IMG/VR virus record: IMGVR_UViG_3300005613_000028
Location: 1-64,000 of that record
DNA length: 64,000 nucleotides
Strand: one strand, 5' to 3'
Origin: a virus
The stretch's first letter is position 1. Every line of letters starts with the position of its first letter. A model generated the notes under the pieces. It did not search any database. It was given only the letters and a program-made list of their open reading frames with translations, and was not told where the DNA came from. Shown here piece after piece: positions 55,050 to 62,253 of the stretch. A program made the position numbers and the translations under genes.

Positions 55050-56168
55050 TTATGTATCCTTTTTAATTTCATTATAATTTTCTGGAGCTTTAGGATAAAT
55101 TTCCCAAAGAAATCCACTTCTCTTTAACCCATTAAACTTAGCTTTACTTAAATCTTCTAACTTTACTTCTTTCAATTCTTCTCTTTTCTTTTCTAATTTT
55201 TTTAATCTATCCTTCTTCTCTTTCCTTTTTGCTCTTTTCTCCATTAATTGTTTGCAGTATTCATATGTTATAATTTTATCCTTTTTATAAATATCAAAAT
55301 ATCTTTTAGCCAATGAATTTTGATAAGGTAATTCTTTGGGTTTGATCTCTTTTTTAGGTAGATTATCAAACTTTTGTTTGATGGGATTTTCAACCCAATC
55401 TGGAAGAGAAAGTAAATTAATAATAAATTCTCGTCTTTTTTGTTCAAGAGGAGTATCATGTAATTTGTCTACTATAATGTTATCAGAAATATCACCAAGC
55501 CTTACCTTTTCGCTAAGAATTTTAAGTGGCTGTTTAATTATTGCGTAGGCTCCTTTTCCTTTCACTTTAAGATTTAATGAGTAAATTTTGGTGTTTTCGT
55601 TGAAAGCGAGCATATATAAATCTTTATCCCCAGTTACTAAAATAACTTCTGAATCTTTAAAATATCTCGTTGCTACGCTTTGAATATCATCGCTTTCTAA
55701 TCCATAATCTTTTTCAAATTGCCAATCTTCATAATCATCTCCAATCAATTCTTCTCCTTCTTTAGTTTGAAGTAAATCTAAAAGATTAAATTGGTCTTCG
55801 AATTTTAAAAAATGCCAATCTGTTGAGTTTTCTAATTTAGAATTTATTACTTCAATTGAGTGAAAACCTTTTTCCCAATTAATGTGAGTCTGTTTTTCAC
55901 GAGCTTCTTTTCGTTGCCCCTTATATTTTTTGTAAAATGCCTTACGAAACGAATTTCTAGCATCAAGAGCCACGATAACTTTAGTATCTTCTTCTACTCC
56001 AATACGCTTCAAAGCAGATAAGATCATATTTTGATAAGTATAACCAATAGGAGGAATGAAAGAATTAGAAGGAAGTAACCCTTCCACTCTCTTTTTATTC
56101 ATAGTTCCAAATAGATGAATCGAGTTAAAAGTGAGTGCTCCAGCATCTAAAATAATCACTTTACTCAT
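55050..56168 (-). CDS. 5'-3' exonuclease / flap endonuclease (T4 RNase H-like)
   Basis: 'VIILDAGALTF', 'IVALDARNSFRK', 'ESDDIQSV' and 'LVTGDKDLYML' (PIN-like acidic clusters). Confidence 0.75.
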   Translation of the reverse strand: MSKVIILDAGALTFNSIHLFGTMNKKRVEGLLPSNSFIPPIGYTYQNMILSALKRIGVEEDTKVIVALDARNSFRKAFYKKYKGQRKEAREKQTHINWEKGFHSIEVINSKLENSTDWHFLKFEDQFNLLDLLQTKEGEELIGDDYEDWQFEKDYGLESDDIQSVATRYFKDSEVILVTGDKDLYMLAFNENTKIYSLNLKVKGKGAYAIIKQPLKILSEKVRLGDISDNIIVDKLHDTPLEQKRREFIINLLSLPDWVENPIKQKFDNLPKKEIKPKELPYQNSLAKRYFDIYKKDKIITYEYCKQLMEKRAKRKEKKDRLKKLEKKREELKEVKLEDLSKAKFNGLKRSGFLWEIYPKAPENYNEIKKDT

Positions 56169-56428
56169 TTCTTTCCCTTCTTCATTCTTTTTAATAATTT
56201 CTTTACACTTCTCTTTAAATATTTTTCTTCTTCTTTTCCTGTTTTAGGAACATTTGAAGAAGTAAATACATTTTCTTCCAAATACATTTCTTCATAAACT
56301 TTAGTAGTCAAATTTAAACATTGAGCGAACCTCAATTTACCCCAACAATCAACTTTACCAAATTGAGTATACATTATTATATAATCTTTAGTTTCTTCTA
56401 AAATTCTCCATCCATGAGTATTTCTCAT
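56165..56428 (-). CDS. hypothetical protein (87 aa)
   Basis: ATGA overlap with the FEN gene. Confidence 0.5.
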   Translation of the reverse strand: MRNTHGWRILEETKDYIIMYTQFGKVDCWGKLRFAQCLNLTTKVYEEMYLEENVFTSSNVPKTGKEEEKYLKRSVKKLLKRMKKGKK

Positions 56429-56496
56429 TTATCTATCTCCATTATAATGAGATTTTATTGGATAAATTAAAATGACTAAACAAAATAAGAAATCTA

Positions 56497-56646
56497 TCAT
56501 TTTTCACTTTTAGTTTCAAAGAATTCTACTTTAAAAGATATTCCTTTTACAAATCCTACCGAAAATTCAAAGAGTTTTAGATAAGAAAGTTTTAATACTC
56601 TATTGAGAACTCTAAAAAATAAACTCTCTTTTTTAGTTTTCTTCAT
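56497..56646 (-). CDS. 49-aa hypothetical micro-protein (not in ORF track)
   Basis: MKKTKKESLFFRVLNRVLKLSYLKLFEFSVGFVKGISFKVEFFETKSEK. TAATG overlap upstream. Confidence 0.35.
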   Translation of the reverse strand: MKKTKKESLFFRVLNRVLKLSYLKLFEFSVGFVKGISFKVEFFETKSEK

Positions 56647-56810
56647 TATTCTTCCTCTTGAATTGGAACGCAGGAAATATGATAGGTTTTCCTAATTTTT
56701 TCACTTAAATAAGTTTCAGTAATCTCAGCGTACTTTTCTCCGAGATTAATACGTTCTTTGCACTCAATACAGTACAAATCATCTCTATCATCGTTGTATT
56801 TTACTTTCAT
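56646..56810 (-). CDS. 54-aa CxxC micro-protein (not in ORF track)
   Basis: MKVKYNDDRDDLYCIECKERINLGEKYAEITETYLSEKIRKTYHISCVPIQEEE. ATGA overlap with the upstream stop. Confidence 0.4.
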   Translation of the reverse strand: MKVKYNDDRDDLYCIECKERINLGEKYAEITETYLSEKIRKTYHISCVPIQEEE

Positions 56811-57181
56811 TTCTTACTACTTCCTTTCTTCTCTTTTTCTAATAATAATTTGAATAAATAAGCTTGAGCATTAAACAGTAAGGCGCAAATACTTTCTTCT
56901 AAATCATCTTGCCCTTCATATCCTCTATGTTGAAGCCACATATCAAAAAAATGACGATAACATGATTTCATACATACATTTAAATGCTCTTCACCAAATA
57001 AATTTTGCCAATTATCAGAATCCCTTAAATTTCCATCAGATTGTACTCTGTGTTTATTCATATATTCAGAATATCTACGCATTACTAAAGGGCTATAAAA
57101 CCCCTCGAAATCTAATTTTCCTTCATTTGAATCTCTGGTAGCACCTGAACTAAACTGCCTGATTTTATTTTTCTTGACCAT
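56807..57181 (-). CDS. dATP/dGTP diphosphohydrolase N-terminal-domain-like protein
   Basis: 'FSSGATRDSNEGKLDFEGFYSPLVMRRYSEYMNKHR..NLRDSDNWQ' resembles the F.tGA.RD...gK.r.dL.sP pattern of PF18909-type phage proteins. Confidence 0.45.
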   Translation of the reverse strand: MVKKNKIRQFSSGATRDSNEGKLDFEGFYSPLVMRRYSEYMNKHRVQSDGNLRDSDNWQNLFGEEHLNVCMKSCYRHFFDMWLQHRGYEGQDDLEESICALLFNAQAYLFKLLLEKEKKGSSKK

Positions 57182-58767
57182 TACTTTGAACCTTTCTTTA
57201 CTTTTAATTTATATTTCTTATCTAAAAAATCTAATAATTGTGATTGATTTGGAAAAAAGTCCCCTCCGCTTCCAAATACCCAACCAACAAAACTTTCTGG
57301 GTATTCTTCTCTTCTCATTGTTTGAATAACATAAATTGGTTTTTTTAATTTACGACAATAGCCAGCTTCATAAAATGTCCCACAATTATGTACAATAAAT
57401 CCATTAGCTATAAAATTTCCTGTTCCTGTTGTTAAATCATAGACATTTTTACGTGAGGAAATAGAACTTTTTATTTTTGAACTTAACCCAGATAAATATA
57501 ATTGATAATTTTTTCTTTTGTAATCGAATTGTGTTGGTATAAAAAATGCATAAGATTTTGCAATTGAAAAAATATATTCTCCGCTTCCATTAAGTTTTCT
57601 TCCAAATATACTACATGGTTTATTTCTTTTTTGAACCGAAAATTTTATATTTAAATCATTACAATATTTTTTAAATATTTTTCTATTTTTAATATGAACT
57701 TTAGCTTGAGAATATCGGATGCTCCATTTATCATAATATCCATCTGCATCTATAGCTCCTGCAAGCCATCCCCTCTTAAAATCAAATGAAAGTGGGTGAT
57801 TATCTTTCCAATCTCTTAATTCAAAATAATATTTCTTTTTACTGACTATTAAAATATAATGATATTTTTTACTGTTTTCACAAAATCTTTTAGATATTGT
57901 TGATGTAATACCAAATATCTCATATATTTCTTGCACTTTTTTTATTTCATGTAACTTATCTGTTACAATAATAACTTGATGTGAAGACCAACTTTCTTGA
58001 AAACATCCATCATTCTGTAAATAACCTGTCAACCATCCTTTTAAATATGTTTTTGATATTGGCATTTGTTTTATACTAAAAACATTATTTATATTTTGTA
58101 CTTCTTTATAAATACTTCCATGTTTCTTATTTCTAGTTAAAAATTTATGTTCTGGAGTGGCATAAATAGTATTATTTTTATTATCATTGATTTTTAAACA
58201 TTTCTTAAATCCTGATTTTTGAGAATTATAAACTTTTGTTTTTACCAATTTTGTCTTATTTTTTAATTTTTTAAATCCTAAAACTTCATCTCCGACTTTA
58301 ACATCTTGAATATTTTTTTGTGACCAATCTGACATTAAAACTTTTGTATTTTTTGCTAAACAAGGCGAATCTCCAGCATCTATTTTACAAATTAAAAAGT
58401 TACTCTGTTCAACGTAAAAATCATCGCCTGGAATTATTTTCAAAAAGGGTTTATTATTTTCATCTAAATAAATATAATGTTTCCCTTCCCAAATTAAATC
58501 CGACCCTTCTGCCACTTTATCATTATGCCCAGAATTCAACCAACCATTTATTTTTTTATGGTATTCTAACGGATTTAATCCAACTTTAGACTGCTCTGCA
58601 GTACAAGGATTAAAAATATAGATAGGATTATCATTTTCATCTATACGTTTTTCTAATTCAATTTGTAAAGATTCCCTCCAACCTGCACCTCCATCTTTGG
58701 CTTTAGTTTTACTCATCGCTCCAATTAAATAAGTTTTAAGCCAATTATTTATAATTATTTCTTTCAT
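57181..58767 (-). CDS. nucleoside 2-deoxyribosyltransferase-like protein interrupted by an intein
   Basis: Exteins (135 + 67 aa): 'TYLIGAMS..GWRESL..FLICKIDAGDSP' | 'CGTFYEAGYCRKLKKPIYVIQ' align with the paralog 58805..59332 ('VYLAGIMLG..DWRYKI..IIVANFNQFGSKRPSVGTYFECGMALAFNKPLILI'). Confidence 0.7.
   Translation of the reverse strand: MKEIIINNWLKTYLIGAMSKTKAKDGGAGWRESLQIELEKRIDENDNPIYIFNPCTAEQSKVGLNPLEYHKKINGWLNSGHNDKVAEGSDLIWEGKHYIYLDENNKPFLKIIPGDDFYVEQSNFLICKIDAGDSPCLAKNTKVLMSDWSQKNIQDVKVGDEVLGFKKLKNKTKLVKTKVYNSQKSGFKKCLKINDNKNNTIYATPEHKFLTRNKKHGSIYKEVQNINNVFSIKQMPISKTYLKGWLTGYLQNDGCFQESWSSHQVIIVTDKLHEIKKVQEIYEIFGITSTISKRFCENSKKYHYILIVSKKKYYFELRDWKDNHPLSFDFKRGWLAGAIDADGYYDKWSIRYSQAKVHIKNRKIFKKYCNDLNIKFSVQKRNKPCSIFGRKLNGSGEYIFSIAKSYAFFIPTQFDYKRKNYQLYLSGLSSKIKSSISSRKNVYDLTTGTGNFIANGFIVHNCGTFYEAGYCRKLKKPIYVIQTMRREEYPESFVGWVFGSGGDFFPNQSQLLDFLDKKYKLKVKKGSK
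57385..58362 (-). mobile_element. 326-aa intein with a LAGLIDADG homing endonuclease domain
   Basis: Block A 'CLAKNTKVLM', block B 'ATPEHKF', two LAGLIDADG motifs 'LKGWLTGYLQNDGCF' and 'KRGWLAGAIDADGYY', block G 'GFIVHN' followed by +1 Cys (57382-57384). Confidence 0.85.
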
Positions 58768-58804
58768 AATTTAAGTCCTTAATCAATTGCTCTACAAATT
58801 TTTA

Positions 58805-59332
58805 TTATAATTCCCAATTATATATAGCTGAATTCGTTCTTTTATAAAACCAATTCAAAATTTTTGAATCTAAAAATTCATCAACACTTTTATAAATTTC
58901 TACAGCCTGTGAAGTGAAAGGATGATTATTCCATCTTTCAAATTCATTTTCTGGTACAATTAAAATAAGGGGTTTATTAAATGCTAACGCCATACCACAT
59001 TCAAAATAAGTTCCTACACTTGGCCTTTTACTACCAAATTGATTGAAATTCGCAACAATAATATCAGCTTTTTTAATAGCTAGTTTATCTCCAGCATATA
59101 TAACTTTTCCAGAAATTTTGTTATTTGTTAATCCTTCATTATCAATCTCAGCATCAACTTCTCCATTCCAAGGGTCTAAGAAACAAATTTCATAAACACC
59201 TTTTCCTTTCCAATTTTTATAATGCTTACGAATTTTATATCTCCAATCTACTGTAGGTTTTTGATATTCACCACCTAACATAATACCAGCTAAATAAACG
59301 TGCATTATAGTTTTTGGAATTTCTTTAAGCAT
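58805..59332 (-). CDS. nucleoside 2-deoxyribosyltransferase-like protein (intein-free paralog)
   Basis: 'VYLAGIMLG', 'DWRYKI', 'ADIIVANF' and 'SVGTYFECGMALAFNKPLILI' fit the NDT/Rcl-like Rossmann pattern with the conserved Glu. Confidence 0.6.
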   Translation of the reverse strand: MLKEIPKTIMHVYLAGIMLGGEYQKPTVDWRYKIRKHYKNWKGKGVYEICFLDPWNGEVDAEIDNEGLTNNKISGKVIYAGDKLAIKKADIIVANFNQFGSKRPSVGTYFECGMALAFNKPLILIVPENEFERWNNHPFTSQAVEIYKSVDEFLDSKILNWFYKRTNSAIYNWEL

Positions 59333-59576
59333 CTATATCTCCATTAGTTTCTCTAGCTTCATTTTCTCTCTTATCTAAAAACCTTCTTTTAAATTCATCC
59401 GCACAATGTTGGACAGCATAAGTGCAATCATGCAATGAACTATATCTATATTCTCTTATTGACATATACTGTTTCATTAATTTAAATACTGCATATTCCA
59501 ATTGACCTTTTGTTTTAAACTTAGGCATTTCGTTCAAAACTATATCAAAATCCCTTCTTTCTTTTATATATGGCAT
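59325..59576 (-). CDS. hypothetical protein (83 aa)
   Basis: ORF in the operon, C-terminal '..NGDIDA'. Confidence 0.5.
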   Translation of the reverse strand: MPYIKERRDFDIVLNEMPKFKTKGQLEYAVFKLMKQYMSIREYRYSSLHDCTYAVQHCADEFKRRFLDKRENEARETNGDIDA

Positions 59577-59578
59577 AT

Positions 59579-59821
59579 TTATTCCTTTCCTTCTTCCACA
59601 TTTAAATAACCTCCATAACCATTACCATTTCTATGAGCAATATCAGCCATTTCTCTTATATCTCTAAATAATCTAGTCAATAAATTTTCTGTTAATAAAC
59701 TCGCAAAATCTCTTTTCTTTTTATTATTTTCATCTCTAACTATTTTATGACTTCTAGTAATAAGTTTAATATCGTCAAGTAATTTTTCGTAATTATACTT
59801 ATCTAAAAGAATTCTTTTCAT
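59579..59821 (-). CDS. hypothetical protein (80 aa), first gene after promoter P3
   Basis: AAGGAA upstream of the ATG. Confidence 0.5.
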   Translation of the reverse strand: MKRILLDKYNYEKLLDDIKLITRSHKIVRDENNKKKRDFASLLTENLLTRLFRDIREMADIAHRNGNGYGGYLNVEEGKE

Positions 59822-59842
59822 GCTAATTTCCTTTTCTCTTTA

Positions 59843-59871
59843 AGTATAACATATTAATTGTTAGGTGTCAA
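59843..59871 (-). promoter_or_regulatory. sigma70-type promoter P3
   Basis: - strand reads TTGACACCTAACAATTAATATGTTATACT. -35 at 59871-59866 lies inside the last codons of ORF 59861..60181, -10 at 59848-59843. Confidence 0.75.
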
Positions 59872-60181
59872 GCTCCTCAAATTGAACAAAATAATCCAAA
59901 GGATCTTGTAATAATATCATTTGACTTAAATGAAATTTATACTGAGTTTCTCCAAAATAAGCTTTAGCAAATTCAAAGTTAGTGATTATTATACGATAGA
60001 AATTATCTGTGAGCAGGTTACGACCAAAATTAGCAGGATACATTGCATATAACTTTTGAAAATATTCTCCATCTTTCCAGCCCTTTTCAATTGCTTTATT
60101 GATTAGTTTTGGGACTAATTTGAATTGCTCATTCCTCGTCACTTTCTTCCTCCTTACAACTTTCGCAAATATGATACCCAT
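59861..60181 (-). CDS. hypothetical protein, paralog of 61362..61742
   Basis: The likely true start is GTG 60142 (AAGGAGG 6 nt upstream). Shares 'EKGWK', 'FEFAKAYFGE' and 'YKFHLSQMILLQDPLDYF' with 'ENGWK', 'LDVAKKFWGE' and 'WKYHLQQMVIEKDRLRYI'. Confidence 0.5.
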   Translation of the reverse strand: MGIIFAKVVRRKKVTRNEQFKLVPKLINKAIEKGWKDGEYFQKLYAMYPANFGRNLLTDNFYRIIITNFEFAKAYFGETQYKFHLSQMILLQDPLDYFVQFEELDT

Positions 60182-60323
60182 TTACAGAAGTTTCATCACA
60201 ATACATTTTATCATCAGGGCTAAAATAATTTCTACATTCATCACACTGATAAACATGAGCATCACATTCTGGACAATATAACTCTAAAGATTGTTCTGGT
60301 TGTGTTTCAATATATTTGTCATT
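60129..60323 (-). CDS. 64-codon Zn-ribbon reading frame lacking a canonical start
   Basis: ..LELYCPECDAHVYQCDECRNYFSPDDKMYCDETSVNGYHICESCKEEESDEE. An ATG at 60322 (ATGA overlap with the upstream stop) lies in the adjacent frame and stops after 12 codons. Confidence 0.35.
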   Translation of the reverse strand, partial: NDKYIETQPEQSLELYCPECDAHVYQCDECRNYFSPDDKMYCDETSVNGYHICESCKEEESDEE

Positions 60324-60834
60324 TCAAAGTAACCCTTTTAGTTGCAATTATCTTTTTAGTTTTCTCGTCTGTTTCTGCACGAAGAATATTATCTAATTCT
60401 TCTTTAGCATCTGAAGTTTGTCTAAATTTCTTTATACTTCTAATTAATTGATCAACTAAAGTATTGGCTCCATTAAAAATTCTACCAACAATTAATCCTA
60501 ATAAACTAGGACATAAAAGTGCTACAATTACTAAGCCCCAAAAGCCAAATCCTGATAAGGTTCTAATAAAATTACTTACTCGTTCCATAATAGTATATTT
60601 TCTTTCAGTTTCAGAATACCCTTTAGTATATTCATAAAAACCTTTAGTACATTCTTTAATAGTACCATTCTCATTTAAAATAATTGTTCCAGCACATTTG
60701 ATTTTTCTCAAAGATTTTTGAGTTTCTTTAGGCACTGTTCCAGGCGTTGAAAAAGTCAAACGAGGGATAAATGAGCAAGAACTTAGACTTAATGCAATTA
60801 TAGTTAATAAAGTTAAATTAATAAATTTTTTCAT
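60319..60834 (-). CDS. lipoprotein with an additional internal TM helix
   Basis: Signal peptide and lipobox 'LLTIIALSLSSC'. TM 'GFGFWGLVIVALLCPSLLGLIVG' followed by a ~50-aa charged tail. Confidence 0.6.
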   Translation of the reverse strand: MKKFINLTLLTIIALSLSSCSFIPRLTFSTPGTVPKETQKSLRKIKCAGTIILNENGTIKECTKGFYEYTKGYSETERKYTIMERVSNFIRTLSGFGFWGLVIVALLCPSLLGLIVGRIFNGANTLVDQLIRSIKKFRQTSDAKEELDNILRAETDEKTKKIIATKRVTLK

Positions 60835-60844
60835 TATTCTCTCC

Positions 60845-61102
60845 TTAAAAATAATTTACGACTTCGTTTAATGCTTGGATTAAATTAAGCACTTCAACTT
60901 GGCTGAGTCCAGAAATACTCTTTTGGTTGATCCACTTCTTCTTATCATCACAATTTGGATTAGTATTTTTTGCTACAGGACAAATTCTGACTTTAGGTTC
61001 ATTGTTATCATATTTATATAAAATCACATTCAAGTACCTTTTCTCAGTTTTACTTACAGCTTTATGAAGTGTAACATCTTTATTTCTATCATAACCAGCC
61101 AT
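60845..61102 (-). CDS. possible YdbC/PC4-like ssDNA-binding protein
   Basis: 'RYLNVILYKYDNNEPKVRI' and 'ISGLSQVEVLNLIQALNEV' resemble the bacterial PC4-like fold pattern. Weak call. Confidence 0.35.
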   Translation of the reverse strand: MAGYDRNKDVTLHKAVSKTEKRYLNVILYKYDNNEPKVRICPVAKNTNPNCDDKKKWINQKSISGLSQVEVLNLIQALNEVVNYF

Positions 61103-61365
61103 TATTTATCTCCTTTATAATATTTATATTTAGTTTTCCCTTTATCATCTACTTCTGAACTCAAAACACTTTTACCATGTGAATTATATTCTTTTATCAT
61201 TTCTTCTTTAGTAAGTTCAGTATGTGCGGAAGATTTCTTTCCTTTTTCTTGCATATATTTAATTAAATAAGGTTCTAAACTCTCTCCTGGTAAACATCCA
61301 TCAGCTTTAGCAATTGCTACTATTTCAAAATATTCTTCAACTGTTAACTTCCATACACTTTTCAT
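61102..61365 (-). CDS. hypothetical protein (87 aa)
   Basis: ATGA overlaps on both sides. Confidence 0.5.
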   Translation of the reverse strand: MKSVWKLTVEEYFEIVAIAKADGCLPGESLEPYLIKYMQEKGKKSSAHTELTKEEMIKEYNSHGKSVLSSEVDDKGKTKYKYYKGDK

Positions 61366-61742
61366 TTCAAAAACCTATCTATATATCTTAATCTATCTTT
61401 TTCTATTACCATTTGCTGAAGATGATATTTCCAAGCATCTGTAGTCTCAATATCAAATCCCCAAGCTACTTCTAAGTCATTCTTATCAACCATATGACCA
61501 GAATTTTTCCAATAATATTCCCAAGCTTCTTCCAAAGTATTTCCATCAATATCTATTTCTTCTTCTCCCCAAAATTTTTTCGCTACATCTAAGTTAAAAA
61601 TAAAAGAAGATAATAACCCTTTCTTCAATATTATTCTAGCTTCCATATCAGAAGATAACCCTGTAACAGATTTCCACCCATTTTCTTTAATTTTGTCAAA
61701 CATTTTAGTTAAAATTTCAAGTTCATTCATTTTTCGCCTCAA
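61362..61742 (-). CDS. hypothetical protein, paralog of 59861..60181
   Basis: The likely true start is ATG 61730 (GAGG 6 nt upstream), not TTG 61742. Confidence 0.5.
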   Translation of the reverse strand: MRRKMNELEILTKMFDKIKENGWKSVTGLSSDMEARIILKKGLLSSFIFNLDVAKKFWGEEEIDIDGNTLEEAWEYYWKNSGHMVDKNDLEVAWGFDIETTDAWKYHLQQMVIEKDRLRYIDRFLK

Positions 61743-61751
61743 TAATTTAAT

Positions 61752-61916
61752 TTATGAATAAAAATCTCTTGTATCTATTGCTTGTGCTATATTCTCAATC
61801 ATATCAGCCAAAATTTTTATAGATTTATCTATCTCCATTATATCATAATCATCTGAACATATTACTGGTAATGTTTCTCGTTGCTCCTGAATTTTCTTCA
61901 ATACTGTCTTTATCAT
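61752..61916 (-). CDS. 54-aa hypothetical protein, first gene after promoter P4 (not in ORF track)
   Basis: AAAGGA 7 nt upstream of ATG 61916. MIKTVLKKIQEQRETLPVICSDDYDIMEIDKSIKILADMIENIAQAIDTRDFYS. Confidence 0.45.
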   Translation of the reverse strand: MIKTVLKKIQEQRETLPVICSDDYDIMEIDKSIKILADMIENIAQAIDTRDFYS

Positions 61917-61938
61917 TGAACATTCCTTTCTTATATTA

Positions 61939-61967
61939 AGTATAACATATTATTCTTTAGGTGTCAA
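61939..61967 (-). promoter_or_regulatory. sigma70-type promoter P4
   Basis: - strand reads TTGACACCTAAAGAATAATATGTTATACT. -35 at 61967-61962, -10 at 61944-61939. Confidence 0.75.
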
Positions 61968-62058
61968 CCCCTGTAAAATCATGTAAGAAAAGGTATAAAA
62001 CTGTACAAAATGTAAGTTTTTGCACTCTACCTATGTTAATATATGTAACTAAATGACA

Positions 62059-62105
62059 TGAATTGCAGAAATATGCAATTCAAAACATGTCGGATTAACA
62101 ATCCG
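62059..62105. promoter_or_regulatory. inverted repeats sharing a TGCAATT core (operator- or iteron-like)
   Basis: TGAATTGCA-gaaata-TGCAATTCA (9-bp arms, 62059-62082), then hairpin CGGATT-aac-AATCCG (62091-62105) followed by another GCAATT (62105-62110). Confidence 0.45.
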
Positions 62106-62138
62106 CAATTTATTTTTGCATTTCGTTTTTTACTACCT

Positions 62139-62253
62139 AAAAGAAGTTAATAAATTAACTTCTTTTCTTAATAAAAGAGTTATATAATATACTCTTTAAA
62201 TAAAAGACATAAATTTATGTCTTTTTTATAAAAAGATATACAAAGTATATCTT
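62139..62253. terminator. array of four consecutive A/T-flanked hairpins (bidirectional terminator-like)
   Basis: AAAAGAAGTTAA-taaa-TTAACTTCTTTT (62139-62166); AAAGAGT..ACTCTTT (62174-62197, imperfect); perfect 24-nt palindrome AAAAGACATAAATTTATGTCTTTT (62202-62225); AAGATATAC-aaa-GTATATCTT (62233-62253). Each starts with TAAAAGA-like and ends with TCTTTT-like sequence. Confidence 0.55.

Noticed and set aside
61968-62140. tRNA or other structured RNA gene in the large intergenic region, and likewise in 53118-53224
   Set aside because: There is no GTTCGAATC-like T-arm, no cloverleaf-compatible arrangement, and the stem-loops have 3-6-nt loops. Nothing supports a tRNA. An sRNA cannot be excluded from sequence alone.
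62139-62253. The four regularly spaced hairpins considered as a possible CRISPR array
   Set aside because: The units are about 24-28 nt and are themselves palindromes with different interiors. There is no constant direct repeat separated by unique spacers, and no cas genes. I report them as a hairpin/terminator array instead.
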